A stretch of 64,000 bases of DNA from a virus. The position numbers were made by a program, and so were the translations under genes. Shown here piece after piece: positions 9,970 to 19,571 of this stretch. Where the stretch lies: IMG/VR virus record IMGVR_UViG_3300034105_002232; one strand, 5' to 3'. How positions within the stretch are numbered: position 1 is the first letter of the stretch; every line of letters starts with the position of its first letter. The notes beneath the pieces are model-generated. The model was not told the origin of the DNA, did not search any database, and saw nothing but the letters and a program-made list of their open reading frames with translations.

Positions 9970-10404
9970 TTATTTAAGTGTTGAACGTAACTGCCAACTA
10001 TGTTTTGCATGTGCGTCTTGTCGATCAGCCAAGAAATTACTTAGACCGTGTTCGCCTAATTCTTCGGCTGCCATGAACACAATCTTGAACATCTCCTGCA
10101 TTTTTACAGAGTCTGCCAACAATTGTGCTACCATCTCATCAGGTTGCAGTATGTCTGTCTCGTCATCAATGCCCGACAGCATGCTGAACCGAGAAAACGA
10201 TCCGGGCGTATAAGATCCAATCTTGCGAATATTTTCAGCAAATGGATCAATGCTACCGTACACTTCTTCGTATATGTTGCCAAACAAGTCATGCAACTGT
10301 GAGAATAGCGGTCCCTCCACGTTCCAATGAAAATAGTGCGCTTTTAAATAAAAAGCAAATTCACTTGCAAATGCTATCTTCAACGCCTTTTGTAATTCAT
10401 TCAT
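9970..10404 (-). CDS. dps: Dps ferritin-like DNA protection protein
   Basis: HWNVEGPLFSQLHDLF..D..AE signature. Confidence 0.92.
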   Translation of the reverse strand: MNELQKALKIAFASEFAFYLKAHYFHWNVEGPLFSQLHDLFGNIYEEVYGSIDPFAENIRKIGSYTPGSFSRFSMLSGIDDETDILQPDEMVAQLLADSVKMQEMFKIVFMAAEELGEHGLSNFLADRQDAHAKHSWQLRSTLK

Positions 10405-10538
10405 TATCTACCTTGTCCTCTGTATGCTTTATGACTTTGTTTCTGTACCTTGTTCATGGAACTGGTTTTTACACGGCCGCCTTGGCTGGTGCGCTTGCTG
10501 ACTGCATTGATTTTACTGTTTGAATTTTTTACTGCCAT
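10404..10538 (-). CDS. 44-aa basic peptide ending YRGQGR (not in ORF track)
   Basis: AGGAG SD; MAVKNSNSKINAVSKRTSQGGRVKTSSMNKVQKQSHKAYRGQGR; TAATG overlap with dps. Confidence 0.75.
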   Translation of the reverse strand: MAVKNSNSKINAVSKRTSQGGRVKTSSMNKVQKQSHKAYRGQGR

Positions 10539-10549
10539 GATTGATCTCC

Positions 10550-12397
10550 TTATTTGGGTACACAGTTATTTACTCTTACTCCGCCCTTGACTTTGGTTTT
10601 AGGGCTGCCAATTTTTTTGCCCTTCCAACATTTAGGATCTAGGCGAACTTTTTCTTCCTGTAGTCCGTATCCGGCACGTTCAAGTTCTTCCATGTAACTC
10701 TCAATGGATTCAGTCATGCTGCGATCATGTGCGCGATGTGCTGCACGATCACGGTCAGCATCAGGTTCGTGTCCTGTGGTTTTTTTCTTTGGTGCATCAT
10801 ATTGGTCGCCACGGATGCCTTTGTACACACGTTTGCCAGTTTTAGGATCATCCTCGTAGTGATGACGTTCACCTGGGCGTAGACTTTCCTTCATGCTTTT
10901 GGCTTGGTCAGCTGCAATTTCTGCACGTAGTGCATCAATTTCTGCTTGTTTTTGTGCAGCCAGTTTCTTGTAATAGCTGGGGTCTGGCAATCCACGCTTC
11001 TTGCGTAGTTCTTGATGCTGTTGATGCAACTTGTCCTGCACTGAAGTTTCTGTCATGCTGTAGCCAGGGCATTCCATCATGCCGTGTTCGCTGCAGTAAC
11101 GACCTTCGTTGGTCATGTTACAACCAGCTTCACCTAAGCCAAGTGCTTTTTCCTGTTGCTGTTTTATTTTGTCAAGCTGTTTGAATCTGTTTCGCTTATA
11201 CTCGGTGTGTAATTTGGCACCGTAAGTTTCCTCTACACCTTGTTCGTTCTTGATCCATTCGTCCGGAGTCATTCCATATTTTTCAACAAACTGGTCGTGC
11301 AATTCTTTAGGAGTAACATTTGACTTGTTGGCAATGGTCTGCATCATATGATCTATTGCGTTATAACTATGCGGATTTTTTAAATCTTTTGCTAAGTCTT
11401 CAACAGCACCTTCCGCTACACCTACATTTGCTGTATGTACAACTTTGAAATCTTGATGATTAGCAAACATCTTGGTCATGAGATATTTTTGTGCTTGATC
11501 TTTGGTTTCAAAACTAGGAGTGTTCAATACTGGATTGCCAGAATTTTTATACACAATATGATAACCGGTCAAAGGCTCATCAAATCTGTTGCCTTCCGCC
11601 ACACCTTGCCGCTCGGCAAAGTTTTCTTTAGCAATATGTTTAGTTGGATCAAATTGTTTACCTGACATAGAGGCAATAATTTGTTGATATTTGTGATCTC
11701 CAAGGAATCCTGGATCGTTAAGTTTTTGTTTTACTAAGTCCTTAAACTCAGGACGCTCACGCCAGTTCCAAGAATCACCATTGAGTGGTGTAACAAGACT
11801 AAATCCTGGTTTGCGAGGATCACCATTGTTGTCAGTTACTTTTAGATGCTTGCCGTAGATTTCATCAAAATTCAAGCCTTCCGCCACACCTTGTTGACCA
11901 ATCTGTACTAGCCACTCAAGTTCATCCTCAACTTCTTTAACAGCGAAGAATTTGACATTAGGAATTTGTTTTGTATCAAACCATTTGTTAGCTACTTTGA
12001 CCATCCAAGCACGATGTTGAGGGTCGCTTGAGTTTGGTTCATACTCACCGGTCATGTTAATCCAAAGTGGATGTACATTGCCGTCCATATCGTACCCTAC
12101 TAGTTCGCGCCATTCTTGTTCCAATTGATCAGGAACAAACTGATCTAATTCAGTATCGCTCATCCACTCTTGGCCAATGTCCAAGCCTTCAGCCACACCT
12201 TGTTGTTCACGCTTTCTCAATTCCCGGCGAATCAATGTTTTAAATTTTAATTCATTACGACCCATTACACCTGGTCTTAGCATTGCTTTCAGTTCATCGG
12301 TACTATGTTTGCTGTAGTCTGCACCACCTGGCGCTATCTGGTCAACTCGGCCTTCCGCCACACCTTGCTTTTTATTAAAAAAATCATTAATAAACAT
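10550..12397 (-). CDS. Modular putative head-internal polyprotein with QGVAEG repeats
   Basis: Six GVAE/GVEE linkers separate unrelated segments; C-terminal CWKG..GGVRVNNCVP. Confidence 0.75.
   Translation of the reverse strand: MFINDFFNKKQGVAEGRVDQIAPGGADYSKHSTDELKAMLRPGVMGRNELKFKTLIRRELRKREQQGVAEGLDIGQEWMSDTELDQFVPDQLEQEWRELVGYDMDGNVHPLWINMTGEYEPNSSDPQHRAWMVKVANKWFDTKQIPNVKFFAVKEVEDELEWLVQIGQQGVAEGLNFDEIYGKHLKVTDNNGDPRKPGFSLVTPLNGDSWNWRERPEFKDLVKQKLNDPGFLGDHKYQQIIASMSGKQFDPTKHIAKENFAERQGVAEGNRFDEPLTGYHIVYKNSGNPVLNTPSFETKDQAQKYLMTKMFANHQDFKVVHTANVGVAEGAVEDLAKDLKNPHSYNAIDHMMQTIANKSNVTPKELHDQFVEKYGMTPDEWIKNEQGVEETYGAKLHTEYKRNRFKQLDKIKQQQEKALGLGEAGCNMTNEGRYCSEHGMMECPGYSMTETSVQDKLHQQHQELRKKRGLPDPSYYKKLAAQKQAEIDALRAEIAADQAKSMKESLRPGERHHYEDDPKTGKRVYKGIRGDQYDAPKKKTTGHEPDADRDRAAHRAHDRSMTESIESYMEELERAGYGLQEEKVRLDPKCWKGKKIGSPKTKVKGGVRVNNCVPK
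11225..12367 (-). repeat. Dispersed 18-bp direct repeat CAAGGTGTGGCGGAAGGC
   Basis: Copies at 12350-12367, 12185-12202 (1 mismatch), 11876-11893 and 11591-11608; degenerate copies at 11408-11425 and about 11225-11242. Confidence 0.92.
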
Positions 12398-12406
12398 AAT
12401 ATCCTC

Positions 12407-12916
12407 TTAAATTGCCTGGGTTCTTAGTGCTGCTATTTGCGACGTTAGGTCTTCAATTTGTCCTTGAATGGCAATTTTTTGTGACTGAGTATCTCTAAGA
12501 CTCATGGCTTTTTCAACTGGATTGGCACCTTGTGGGAAAGCTCTGTTCAGCTGTGCAATTTGTCCTCGTGCTCCAGCCAGCTGTGCAGTTAATCCACCAA
12601 CTTGGCCTTTTATTTCGTCTTTCTGAGCTTTACGTTGCTGACCCATGGCAAACTCCTCTGCAGGGTTTCTGGCTGTGTCGTTACCAATACCGGATCCAGG
12701 TGCACCGTATTCTGCAAGATACTGTTCAAATTCCGCACGCAGGCTTTGTTCAACACTTTCGTCTGTGCCACCATCACCTACCAGGCGTCCTTTAAAAGGA
12801 TGACCTTTCTTGCTTGTGCGAGCTTTTTCTGTGCCACGCACTTGATCACCGGGCTTTTGACCCACTGCTTGTCCAGCAAATGACATCTTCTCTAATAGGT
12901 CGCGCATGTTGCTCAT
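12407..12916 (-). CDS. Putative head-internal protein
   Basis: KPGDQVRG and HPFKGRLVG motifs, coiled-coil C-terminus, xxE sites. Confidence 0.55.
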   Translation of the reverse strand: MSNMRDLLEKMSFAGQAVGQKPGDQVRGTEKARTSKKGHPFKGRLVGDGGTDESVEQSLRAEFEQYLAEYGAPGSGIGNDTARNPAEEFAMGQQRKAQKDEIKGQVGGLTAQLAGARGQIAQLNRAFPQGANPVEKAMSLRDTQSQKIAIQGQIEDLTSQIAALRTQAI

Positions 12917-13740
12917 TAGTAAACGCCTTTGCCCACAGCAACTTTTTTCATCTTGGCAGCATTGCCCAGTTTCTTAGGTACGCCTGATGTTGGCTTGTGT
13001 GCTGGTCCGCCCATGCTTGTGGCAACACCTGCTGAACTTGATCCACCACCTGTGGCCATTTCGCTGACCTGACGACTTTCGTCGTATTTGTTGTACTTGT
13101 CTCTAATCTTGTCTAAATCTTTGCCTTCACGACCTGCTTTAGCCAATGCCGCCATGCCCTCTTTGCCGTACTTCTCATGGCCTTTGGCAGCACGACTCAT
13201 GCCTTTTTGGCCATCCTCGCCTAGGCTAGCTTGTCCTGCAACAGCTTTACCTGTTGGCTTAGAACTTATTCCTGTGCGACTTGATTTCATTTTTTCTTTG
13301 CCGCCACCAATGTGTCTACTACCGCCTAAACGTTCAGATTGTCTTGGTTTATGTGTTTTACCTACTGTGGGTTTGTTCTTAGATAAGAAATCAGCCACAG
13401 CATCATCATAATCATCTTCTACTAGCAGCTGATCAAATGCATACTCTGCAGCTTCAGCTGTGAAGCTCATCATGACCTGCTCTTGATCATGCGCCATTTC
13501 GTGTGACAAATACTCATGTACTGTACGCAAATAGTCATTTGCTAGAGTGATCTTTTCGCTTACCCAGCCATCCAGGCCTTGCTGTTCGCTAACTTCTTTA
13601 AGCATACGGTGCAGTTCAATTGCATATTTGGCTGCACTATAGCAATCACTGCGGGCCATTTGTACTTCATGGTCAGAATGCATGTCATCTGCTTCTTGTG
13701 CAATTTGACTAGTTTCTACAATAAATTCTGTTGGTTTCAT
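12916..13740 (-). CDS. Putative head-internal protein with T4 CTS-like N-terminus
   Basis: MKPTEFIVE resembles T4 IP leader MKTYQEFIAE; upstream ATAAATA. Confidence 0.55.
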   Translation of the reverse strand: MKPTEFIVETSQIAQEADDMHSDHEVQMARSDCYSAAKYAIELHRMLKEVSEQQGLDGWVSEKITLANDYLRTVHEYLSHEMAHDQEQVMMSFTAEAAEYAFDQLLVEDDYDDAVADFLSKNKPTVGKTHKPRQSERLGGSRHIGGGKEKMKSSRTGISSKPTGKAVAGQASLGEDGQKGMSRAAKGHEKYGKEGMAALAKAGREGKDLDKIRDKYNKYDESRQVSEMATGGGSSSAGVATSMGGPAHKPTSGVPKKLGNAAKMKKVAVGKGVY

Positions 13741-13769
13741 GTTGGTTACCTATTAGTAATATGTATTTA

Positions 13770-14069
13770 TTAGCTTACGACAAAGGTCAGTTGTTTGCTG
13801 CCTGGGTCAATGTGATTGGGGTGTAATGCGCCGGGATTGCCTTCAACAACCAGATTTTCTAATTTAAAATCGCCATGGCACGAACAATTCTCAACTCTCA
13901 CAGTGTGAATGCCAGGATCTAAATTGCAAACCATATGCTCACGAATATAAATTTGATAACCTGCCCAACTAAACGTGCGTTCTGTCAGCAGGTCGTTATC
14001 AACATAAATTCTATAACTTGGAGGTGCTTCGCTCCAATGACAATGCACATCGGCTGACATGTGTATCAC
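13770..14069 (-). CDS. Hypothetical beta-sandwich protein
   Basis: ORF with beta-rich pattern (YRIYVD, LDPGIHTVRV). Confidence 0.6.
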   Translation of the reverse strand: MIHMSADVHCHWSEAPPSYRIYVDNDLLTERTFSWAGYQIYIREHMVCNLDPGIHTVRVENCSCHGDFKLENLVVEGNPGALHPNHIDPGSKQLTFVVS

Positions 14070-14911
14070 GGCTGCCTGTTCTTTCTAGCGGCCAGTTGAG
14101 TATGAATCATGTCCATTTGTTCTTTGAGCTTTTTATAGCGCTTGGTTAGATGGAGCCCAGCCATCATCTTGGGCAATGTGGCAGCAGTTACATCATTGTC
14201 GTTGCCCATGGTGGCCATGCTGTAACGTGGGTCATTGCCATTTTTGACCACCCCTACTCCAGCTGCATCTTCGGCCATGGTTTGCGGAATCTTGTCTAGC
14301 ACACGGCCCAGTTCTGCATCATCTCTGCCGTACATTTGCAGCAAAAATGCACTACGCTGCTTGGGGTCGTTGCGTACTAGATTCCAGGCCTGTCTGGTTT
14401 GAGTACCATGACTGACATCTACTGATTGTCCGTTGATATCAATTACTTTGTGTCTTTCGTCTGCTATTATAACATAGCCGTGTTGATCTGCTGTGGCACA
14501 TTCTTTTAAATTTTTGAAGGTTTTAAAGTACCCAGGATTGCCATCTTTTTTGACACTGTCTGGCGCTAGACGCTGTGCATCCGGTGCACCCACTGCTGCT
14601 ACAAAGATGGTATTTGCAGCATTAAACTGTGCAGGCAGTTTATACGGACTTGCGACTTCTAATATACGGTCACTGGGAATGCCCGCAGCATGCATCAGTA
14701 TACTTTTGTCTGTAAAATTGAATGGGCTTTTTGGAGGTTCGGTCTTGTTACTGGTTGCAATAAACACACTGTCACGACCAAATTTACCTTGCAGGCTTTG
14801 AAATACTTCCCGATGCCCCAAATGAAAAGGCTGGAACCGACCTGGATATAATACCACCAGTTGCGGTGCAGCCTCGTCTAAATACCTCTCAAATAAATTA
14901 GCAATAAACAT
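14066..14911 (-). CDS. HxGH nucleotidyltransferase (cytidylyltransferase-like)
   Basis: YPGRFQPFHLGH motif. Confidence 0.85.
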   Translation of the reverse strand: MFIANLFERYLDEAAPQLVVLYPGRFQPFHLGHREVFQSLQGKFGRDSVFIATSNKTEPPKSPFNFTDKSILMHAAGIPSDRILEVASPYKLPAQFNAANTIFVAAVGAPDAQRLAPDSVKKDGNPGYFKTFKNLKECATADQHGYVIIADERHKVIDINGQSVDVSHGTQTRQAWNLVRNDPKQRSAFLLQMYGRDDAELGRVLDKIPQTMAEDAAGVGVVKNGNDPRYSMATMGNDNDVTAATLPKMMAGLHLTKRYKKLKEQMDMIHTQLAARKNRQP

Positions 14912-14940
14912 AAAAAATCCGTTCTATTGCTATATTTAGT

Positions 14941-15405
14941 TTATAAGTTTTCTAATAGCCAAATGTAGAATGGACTAGCAAAAGGCAACTTCCAGGTGCC
15001 GTTCCACCCTAGATCCACAAACCCTTTGAGTTCCTTGATCTGCTTCTGTGTTTCATCCAGATACGAATCAGGATAGTCCGGAAAATAGCTGCTGGCAGTC
15101 CATTTTAGTGTTCCAATGTCAATTTCATCAATTTCAATGCTTTCAACATGCAGTAGCATATCCTCGACGATATTTCCGGAATCATCTGTTTTGGTATCAG
15201 TAGAAGTCTTATTTAAAAAACAAATGTTCAAGCAATGATCGCCTTCAGACAGTTCCGCATCAAATTCAAAGTATTCAGTCAACGTGCTCGATAACGTTTC
15301 ATGCACATGTTCTATGTCATTGATTTTAATTTGAAACTCAGGGTATCGGGTTAACGACGCACTACTTAGTCCAATTTTAAAGTGCAACTTCTCTTTATCT
15401 TCCAT
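14941..15405 (-). CDS. Hypothetical protein, paralogue of 33318..33914
   Basis: Shared NK..DT..DD.G.I..D and G.NG..K..PFY.W motifs. Confidence 0.65.
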   Translation of the reverse strand: MEDKEKLHFKIGLSSASLTRYPEFQIKINDIEHVHETLSSTLTEYFEFDAELSEGDHCLNICFLNKTSTDTKTDDSGNIVEDMLLHVESIEIDEIDIGTLKWTASSYFPDYPDSYLDETQKQIKELKGFVDLGWNGTWKLPFASPFYIWLLENL

Positions 15406-15417
15406 TGGCAGACTCCT

Positions 15418-16368
15418 TTATGCTGGTGCTTTTTGTGCCATCTTGATTGCATCTTGAAGCGCAGCTGGAGTACCTGGATCCATTTGAGGAGTATCACCTG
15501 TGGGACCAAATTGCGGCATCTTGGCCAAGTCACCAACAAACTCATAGTGTCCAATGTGATTGAGCAGTACCTTGCCGTGAGCCCAGATCTCGCCACCAAT
15601 TGCACTCCAGCGTCTGCAGAACAACCAGTCCTCGCTTAGATAATGACCTTTTTCGTCAATTTCACAATCAAAAATGCTGTACATGGTAGGCTCGTATTGT
15701 TTGCCCAAGCCCACATCGTCCACATACTTGCATTCAGGATGTACTTCGCATAATTTAGAGTACACATCACGCTTGAACAACAAGAAACCTGTTCCCATGG
15801 TATCTACTGTAAAGATATCACCTTGTACTTTGGTTTCGCGCCTTAGGTTAATGACATAGTTAACTGGCAATGCTTTCTTGGGATACAGCCCGCCAATAAC
15901 ATCTTTGTCACAGGCCATCATCTGCAGAATACTTTCTGGTTGGAAACGAATGTCTGCGTCGATGAACATGAAGTGTGTGGCAGCTTTATTGGTCATCATT
16001 TTAGCCATCAAGTTGTTACGTGCTCTAGTGACCAAGCTCTCATTGACCATGGTATCCAGGCTCCAGTTTAGTCCTACCTGTTGCGCCATGAGAATGAACC
16101 GCAACAATGAAGTCATTGTTGGTTCACTGACCATGCCGCCGTAACATGGAATACCAATATGCAAATGGCATTTGGCAAAATCAAATGGTTGACCTTGCAC
16201 TTGTTGCTGTGGTTGTTGTGTTTGCTGCGCTGCTGCTGCCTTGATCAGTGCAACTGCATCTGCAGGACTTGGCGCCGGGCTGGCAGGTCGGGCTGCTGCT
16301 GCCGCTTTGATTGCTGCCACCGCGTCTGCCTGAGTGGAGGCCGTTTCTCCAATTACTTTTTTGGTCAT
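15418..16368 (-). CDS. GT-A fold glycosyltransferase with Ala/Gln-rich N-terminus
   Basis: IPCYGG, RARNN, FIDADI (DxD), GTGF and SEDWLFC motifs. Confidence 0.85.
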   Translation of the reverse strand: MTKKVIGETASTQADAVAAIKAAAAARPASPAPSPADAVALIKAAAAQQTQQPQQQVQGQPFDFAKCHLHIGIPCYGGMVSEPTMTSLLRFILMAQQVGLNWSLDTMVNESLVTRARNNLMAKMMTNKAATHFMFIDADIRFQPESILQMMACDKDVIGGLYPKKALPVNYVINLRRETKVQGDIFTVDTMGTGFLLFKRDVYSKLCEVHPECKYVDDVGLGKQYEPTMYSIFDCEIDEKGHYLSEDWLFCRRWSAIGGEIWAHGKVLLNHIGHYEFVGDLAKMPQFGPTGDTPQMDPGTPAALQDAIKMAQKAPA

Positions 16369-16394
16369 TGATTTCTCTCTTGGTTAAATTTTGA

Positions 16395-16565
16395 TTAGGC
16401 TTTGTTTACTTCGACAACAACACCGTTGCCAAATAATTCTTCTGCTACTGATCCTAAAGCTGCAATAATCTCCACATTGGCAAGATCGGGTGCATCTGCT
16501 GCATCGGAGTCTTTTACTAATTTGCTAACTGTAATTACAATTACTTCTTCATGTACTTTCGCCAT
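16395..16565 (-). CDS. 56-aa hypothetical protein (not in ORF track)
   Basis: MAKVHEEVIVITVSKLVKD...VVVEVNKA; AAGGAG SD; upstream ATAAATA. Confidence 0.75.
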   Translation of the reverse strand: MAKVHEEVIVITVSKLVKDSDAADAPDLANVEIIAALGSVAEELFGNGVVVEVNKA

Positions 16566-16592
16566 CCGGGGCTCCTTGAATTATAACAGTAT

Positions 16593-17315
16593 TTATTCCT
16601 GTATACACACCAGCTCACAAACTTCTCTTATGATGTCTGGACAGATAATACGTACCAAATTAGCTACACCAACATCGTTGGTGTAAAAATAACAATTCCA
16701 CATCCAATCTCCATCTTTGACCAACTGCTCTGTGGTATTTTTAGGCAGCTTGACCAAATCTCCCAGTTGCTGCAGATAGTTATGGACCTGCGTCCTTGAT
16801 TTTATGTCAAACCGTTTCTCTTTAAGGTATATTCGATATCTAAATTTTGGTTGTCTATTTACTATTATTGCGTTGCCTTGCAACCACTGACTACTGACAT
16901 CAGATTCTGGGCCTGTAGCAGACAGTATCTGATGTCGAAACTGGACACCAATGGCCAATGCTATGGATTGTAGTATTGATTCTGATTCGGCATAGAAGCT
17001 GATTTTTGGCTCTTCAATCCTGACCCTTATGTCAGCATGTTTGTGTATCAGTCTTTTGAGATCAATCAGCAGACCCAGATCAGCTTCTTTGAGTTGCTCT
17101 TTTAGCTTACGGTCCCACCACGATCCGCCTCCCAGTGAATACGATCGAGCACATGATTGCCGGTGCTGTAGATTGGCCTTGATATCATCGTACCGGATAC
17201 TCTTGCAACCAGGAGCGTAAATTTCTAATCGATAAAGATACTGTTTAAAATACTGTTTGGCAGTATATTGTATCTTTGTATCTTTAGACAGGTTCTGCCA
17301 GAACAATGTATCCAT
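16593..17315 (-). CDS. Hypothetical protein
   Basis: 240-aa ORF in the operon. Confidence 0.65.
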   Translation of the reverse strand: MDTLFWQNLSKDTKIQYTAKQYFKQYLYRLEIYAPGCKSIRYDDIKANLQHRQSCARSYSLGGGSWWDRKLKEQLKEADLGLLIDLKRLIHKHADIRVRIEEPKISFYAESESILQSIALAIGVQFRHQILSATGPESDVSSQWLQGNAIIVNRQPKFRYRIYLKEKRFDIKSRTQVHNYLQQLGDLVKLPKNTTEQLVKDGDWMWNCYFYTNDVGVANLVRIICPDIIREVCELVCIQE

Positions 17316-19563
17316 TTTCGTCTATTCTATAGGTTGAATCGGTATTCGCGATTGGTTGAAATGTAAACTCTTTGTCATGAAAATCAATTATGATAGTGCT
17401 CACTGGCGCAATCTTGTCAAACAATATGCGTTTACTCAATGGCACTTTGATTAGATCGTTGATTTTTCTCTGCAAAGGTCTTGCACCCATTTTGGGATCA
17501 AATCCTGTGGTAATCAATTCATCAACAGCAGCTTCAGTTAGTCTTACACGTAACTGTTTGTCTATTAGAAGATCATTTAATTCTGCAATAAACTTGCTAA
17601 CAATTTTACGCATACTTAGATCATCTAATTTAGAAAATTTAACAATACCATCTAAACGATTTCGGAATTCAGGTTTAAAGAATTCTTTAACAGCACGATC
17701 ATCTTCTTGATTTTTTTGTAACTCTTTACCAAAGCCAATGTTGTTTTTTTCGTTGTCTGCTGCACCAAGATTGCTGGTTAAAATAATCATGGCATTACGA
17801 CAGTCAGCTTTCTTACCATTGCTGCTGGTAATTGTGCCTTCGTCCATCATTTGCAGCAAAATGTTACTAACGTCGGGATGAGCTTTTTCAATTTCATCCA
17901 TCAAGATAATGCAATTGGGATTTTTTTCAATGTCACTGATCAGCAACCCACCACCCAGATTGCCATCCTCGTAGCCAACATAACCAGGGGGTGCACCAAT
18001 AAGTTTAGCAACAGTATGTCGCTCTTGGTATTCACTCATGTCATACCGCAGCAGTTTCATACCAAGATTTTCTGCCAGCAACTTGGCCAGTTCTGTTTTG
18101 CCTGTGCCAGTTGGTCCCAAGAACAAGAAGTTACCAATTGGTTTGTTTAGGGCTTTTAATCCTGCACGGCTCACATAGATTTTTTCTAATACTGTATCTA
18201 CTGCAGCATCTTGACCGTACAGTCGATCCTTGATGCCAACTTCAAGATTTTCAATTCCTTTGGCACCTTCGGTGTTGCCAATTGATTCAATTGGCAATCT
18301 TGTCAACCGGCTGATGGTGTGTACAATATCGGCACCCGAAACAATCCAATTGGTATCTTTGATTTTGAGTCGAGCACACGACGCATCTATTAGGTCAATG
18401 GCTTTGTCGGGCAATTTTTTATCAGTTTGATAACGCACACTTAGATCAACTGCGGTGTTAATGGCATCATCAGTGATGGTGCCTCCGTGGAATTTTTCAA
18501 AGTGTAATCTTAACCCAAACAAGATATCTTTGGCAACTTCAGCACTGGGCTCATCAATGGTGATCCGTTGGAATCTGCGCATCAGAGCACGATCTTTTTC
18601 AAAACTCTGGCTATATTCTTCCCAGGTAGTACTAGCAATAACTTTAATTCGGCCTTTGCTCAATGCAGGTTTGATCATGTTACTAAAGTCCACACTGCTT
18701 TGACTTCCTGCTCCTGCTCCACGCATCTGGTGTGCTTCATCGATGAACAAGATCGCTTTGCCTTTTACATTTAGTGCAGCCAGTACCTCGTGAATTTTTT
18801 CTTCAAAGTCGCCGCGATACTTGCTACCTGCTAGCAAACTACTAATATCAAGATTGTACACTGTGTAGTCTAATAGATATTCTGGTACCGTTTTTAACAC
18901 AATTGCCAAAGCCAATCCTTCTGCAATAGCAGTCTTACCAACGCCAGGATCGCCTACCATTAGTATATTGCTTTTGTTGCGGCGTGCAAGAATTTCTACT
19001 ATTTCGTTGGTCTCGGCAGCACGTCCAATCACTGGGTCAATCTTGCCGTCCTCGGCCTGGGTGTTGAGATTGTCACAATACCGTTCAAGTATCTTGTCTG
19101 CCTGGCCGGCATTTGCAACTGTCTTGCCTGCGTCTGATTTATACTCTTTGTTGTATGTCTCTATTAGTTTTGCACGATCAAGACCATACTTGACCATGAA
19201 ATAATGTGCGTAGCTGTTGGATTCTGCATGTATGCTCAAGAATAAATCTAATATTTGAATATGCGTTCTTGCACTAAACAGGACCTGAGTAAATGCTCGA
19301 TTAAACACCCGTTCCAGAGCATGGGTTTTTTTAGGATCACTGGTATCGTTGACAAGATATGTTTGATTGGCAAGATAATCTTCGATGTCGGTTTCTAATC
19401 CTTTGATATCTGTTCCGTATCCGGATAGAAGCTCTTGGAAGGGAGTATATCGTATCATGCTTAAAAACACATGTTCAAGGGTCACATACTCATGACTTAA
19501 ACTTTTAGCCAGTTCAGTGGCTTCAACTACAATGTAATCAATTTCAGGGTTGGTTTGTAACAT
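17284..19563 (-). CDS. clpA: ClpA-type AAA+ unfoldase
   Basis: Clp N-domain; two Walker A motifs (GDPGVGKT, GPTGTGKT); IGF ClpP-docking loop; no ClpB M-domain. Confidence 0.92.
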   Translation of the reverse strand: MLQTNPEIDYIVVEATELAKSLSHEYVTLEHVFLSMIRYTPFQELLSGYGTDIKGLETDIEDYLANQTYLVNDTSDPKKTHALERVFNRAFTQVLFSARTHIQILDLFLSIHAESNSYAHYFMVKYGLDRAKLIETYNKEYKSDAGKTVANAGQADKILERYCDNLNTQAEDGKIDPVIGRAAETNEIVEILARRNKSNILMVGDPGVGKTAIAEGLALAIVLKTVPEYLLDYTVYNLDISSLLAGSKYRGDFEEKIHEVLAALNVKGKAILFIDEAHQMRGAGAGSQSSVDFSNMIKPALSKGRIKVIASTTWEEYSQSFEKDRALMRRFQRITIDEPSAEVAKDILFGLRLHFEKFHGGTITDDAINTAVDLSVRYQTDKKLPDKAIDLIDASCARLKIKDTNWIVSGADIVHTISRLTRLPIESIGNTEGAKGIENLEVGIKDRLYGQDAAVDTVLEKIYVSRAGLKALNKPIGNFLFLGPTGTGKTELAKLLAENLGMKLLRYDMSEYQERHTVAKLIGAPPGYVGYEDGNLGGGLLISDIEKNPNCIILMDEIEKAHPDVSNILLQMMDEGTITSSNGKKADCRNAMIILTSNLGAADNEKNNIGFGKELQKNQEDDRAVKEFFKPEFRNRLDGIVKFSKLDDLSMRKIVSKFIAELNDLLIDKQLRVRLTEAAVDELITTGFDPKMGARPLQRKINDLIKVPLSKRILFDKIAPVSTIIIDFHDKEFTFQPIANTDSTYRIDENGYIVLAEPV

Positions 19564-19571
19564 AATAATAT

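Noticed and set aside
11225-12367. Diversity-generating retroelement or RT-linked array
   Set aside because: No reverse transcriptase is in the window, and no TR/VR pair differing at adenines was seen.
16230-16330. Duplicated ADAVAxIKAAAA in the glycosyltransferase N-terminus, and AAPSFG repeats near 21024-21060
   Set aside because: These are short low-complexity linker duplications with no further support for a function.
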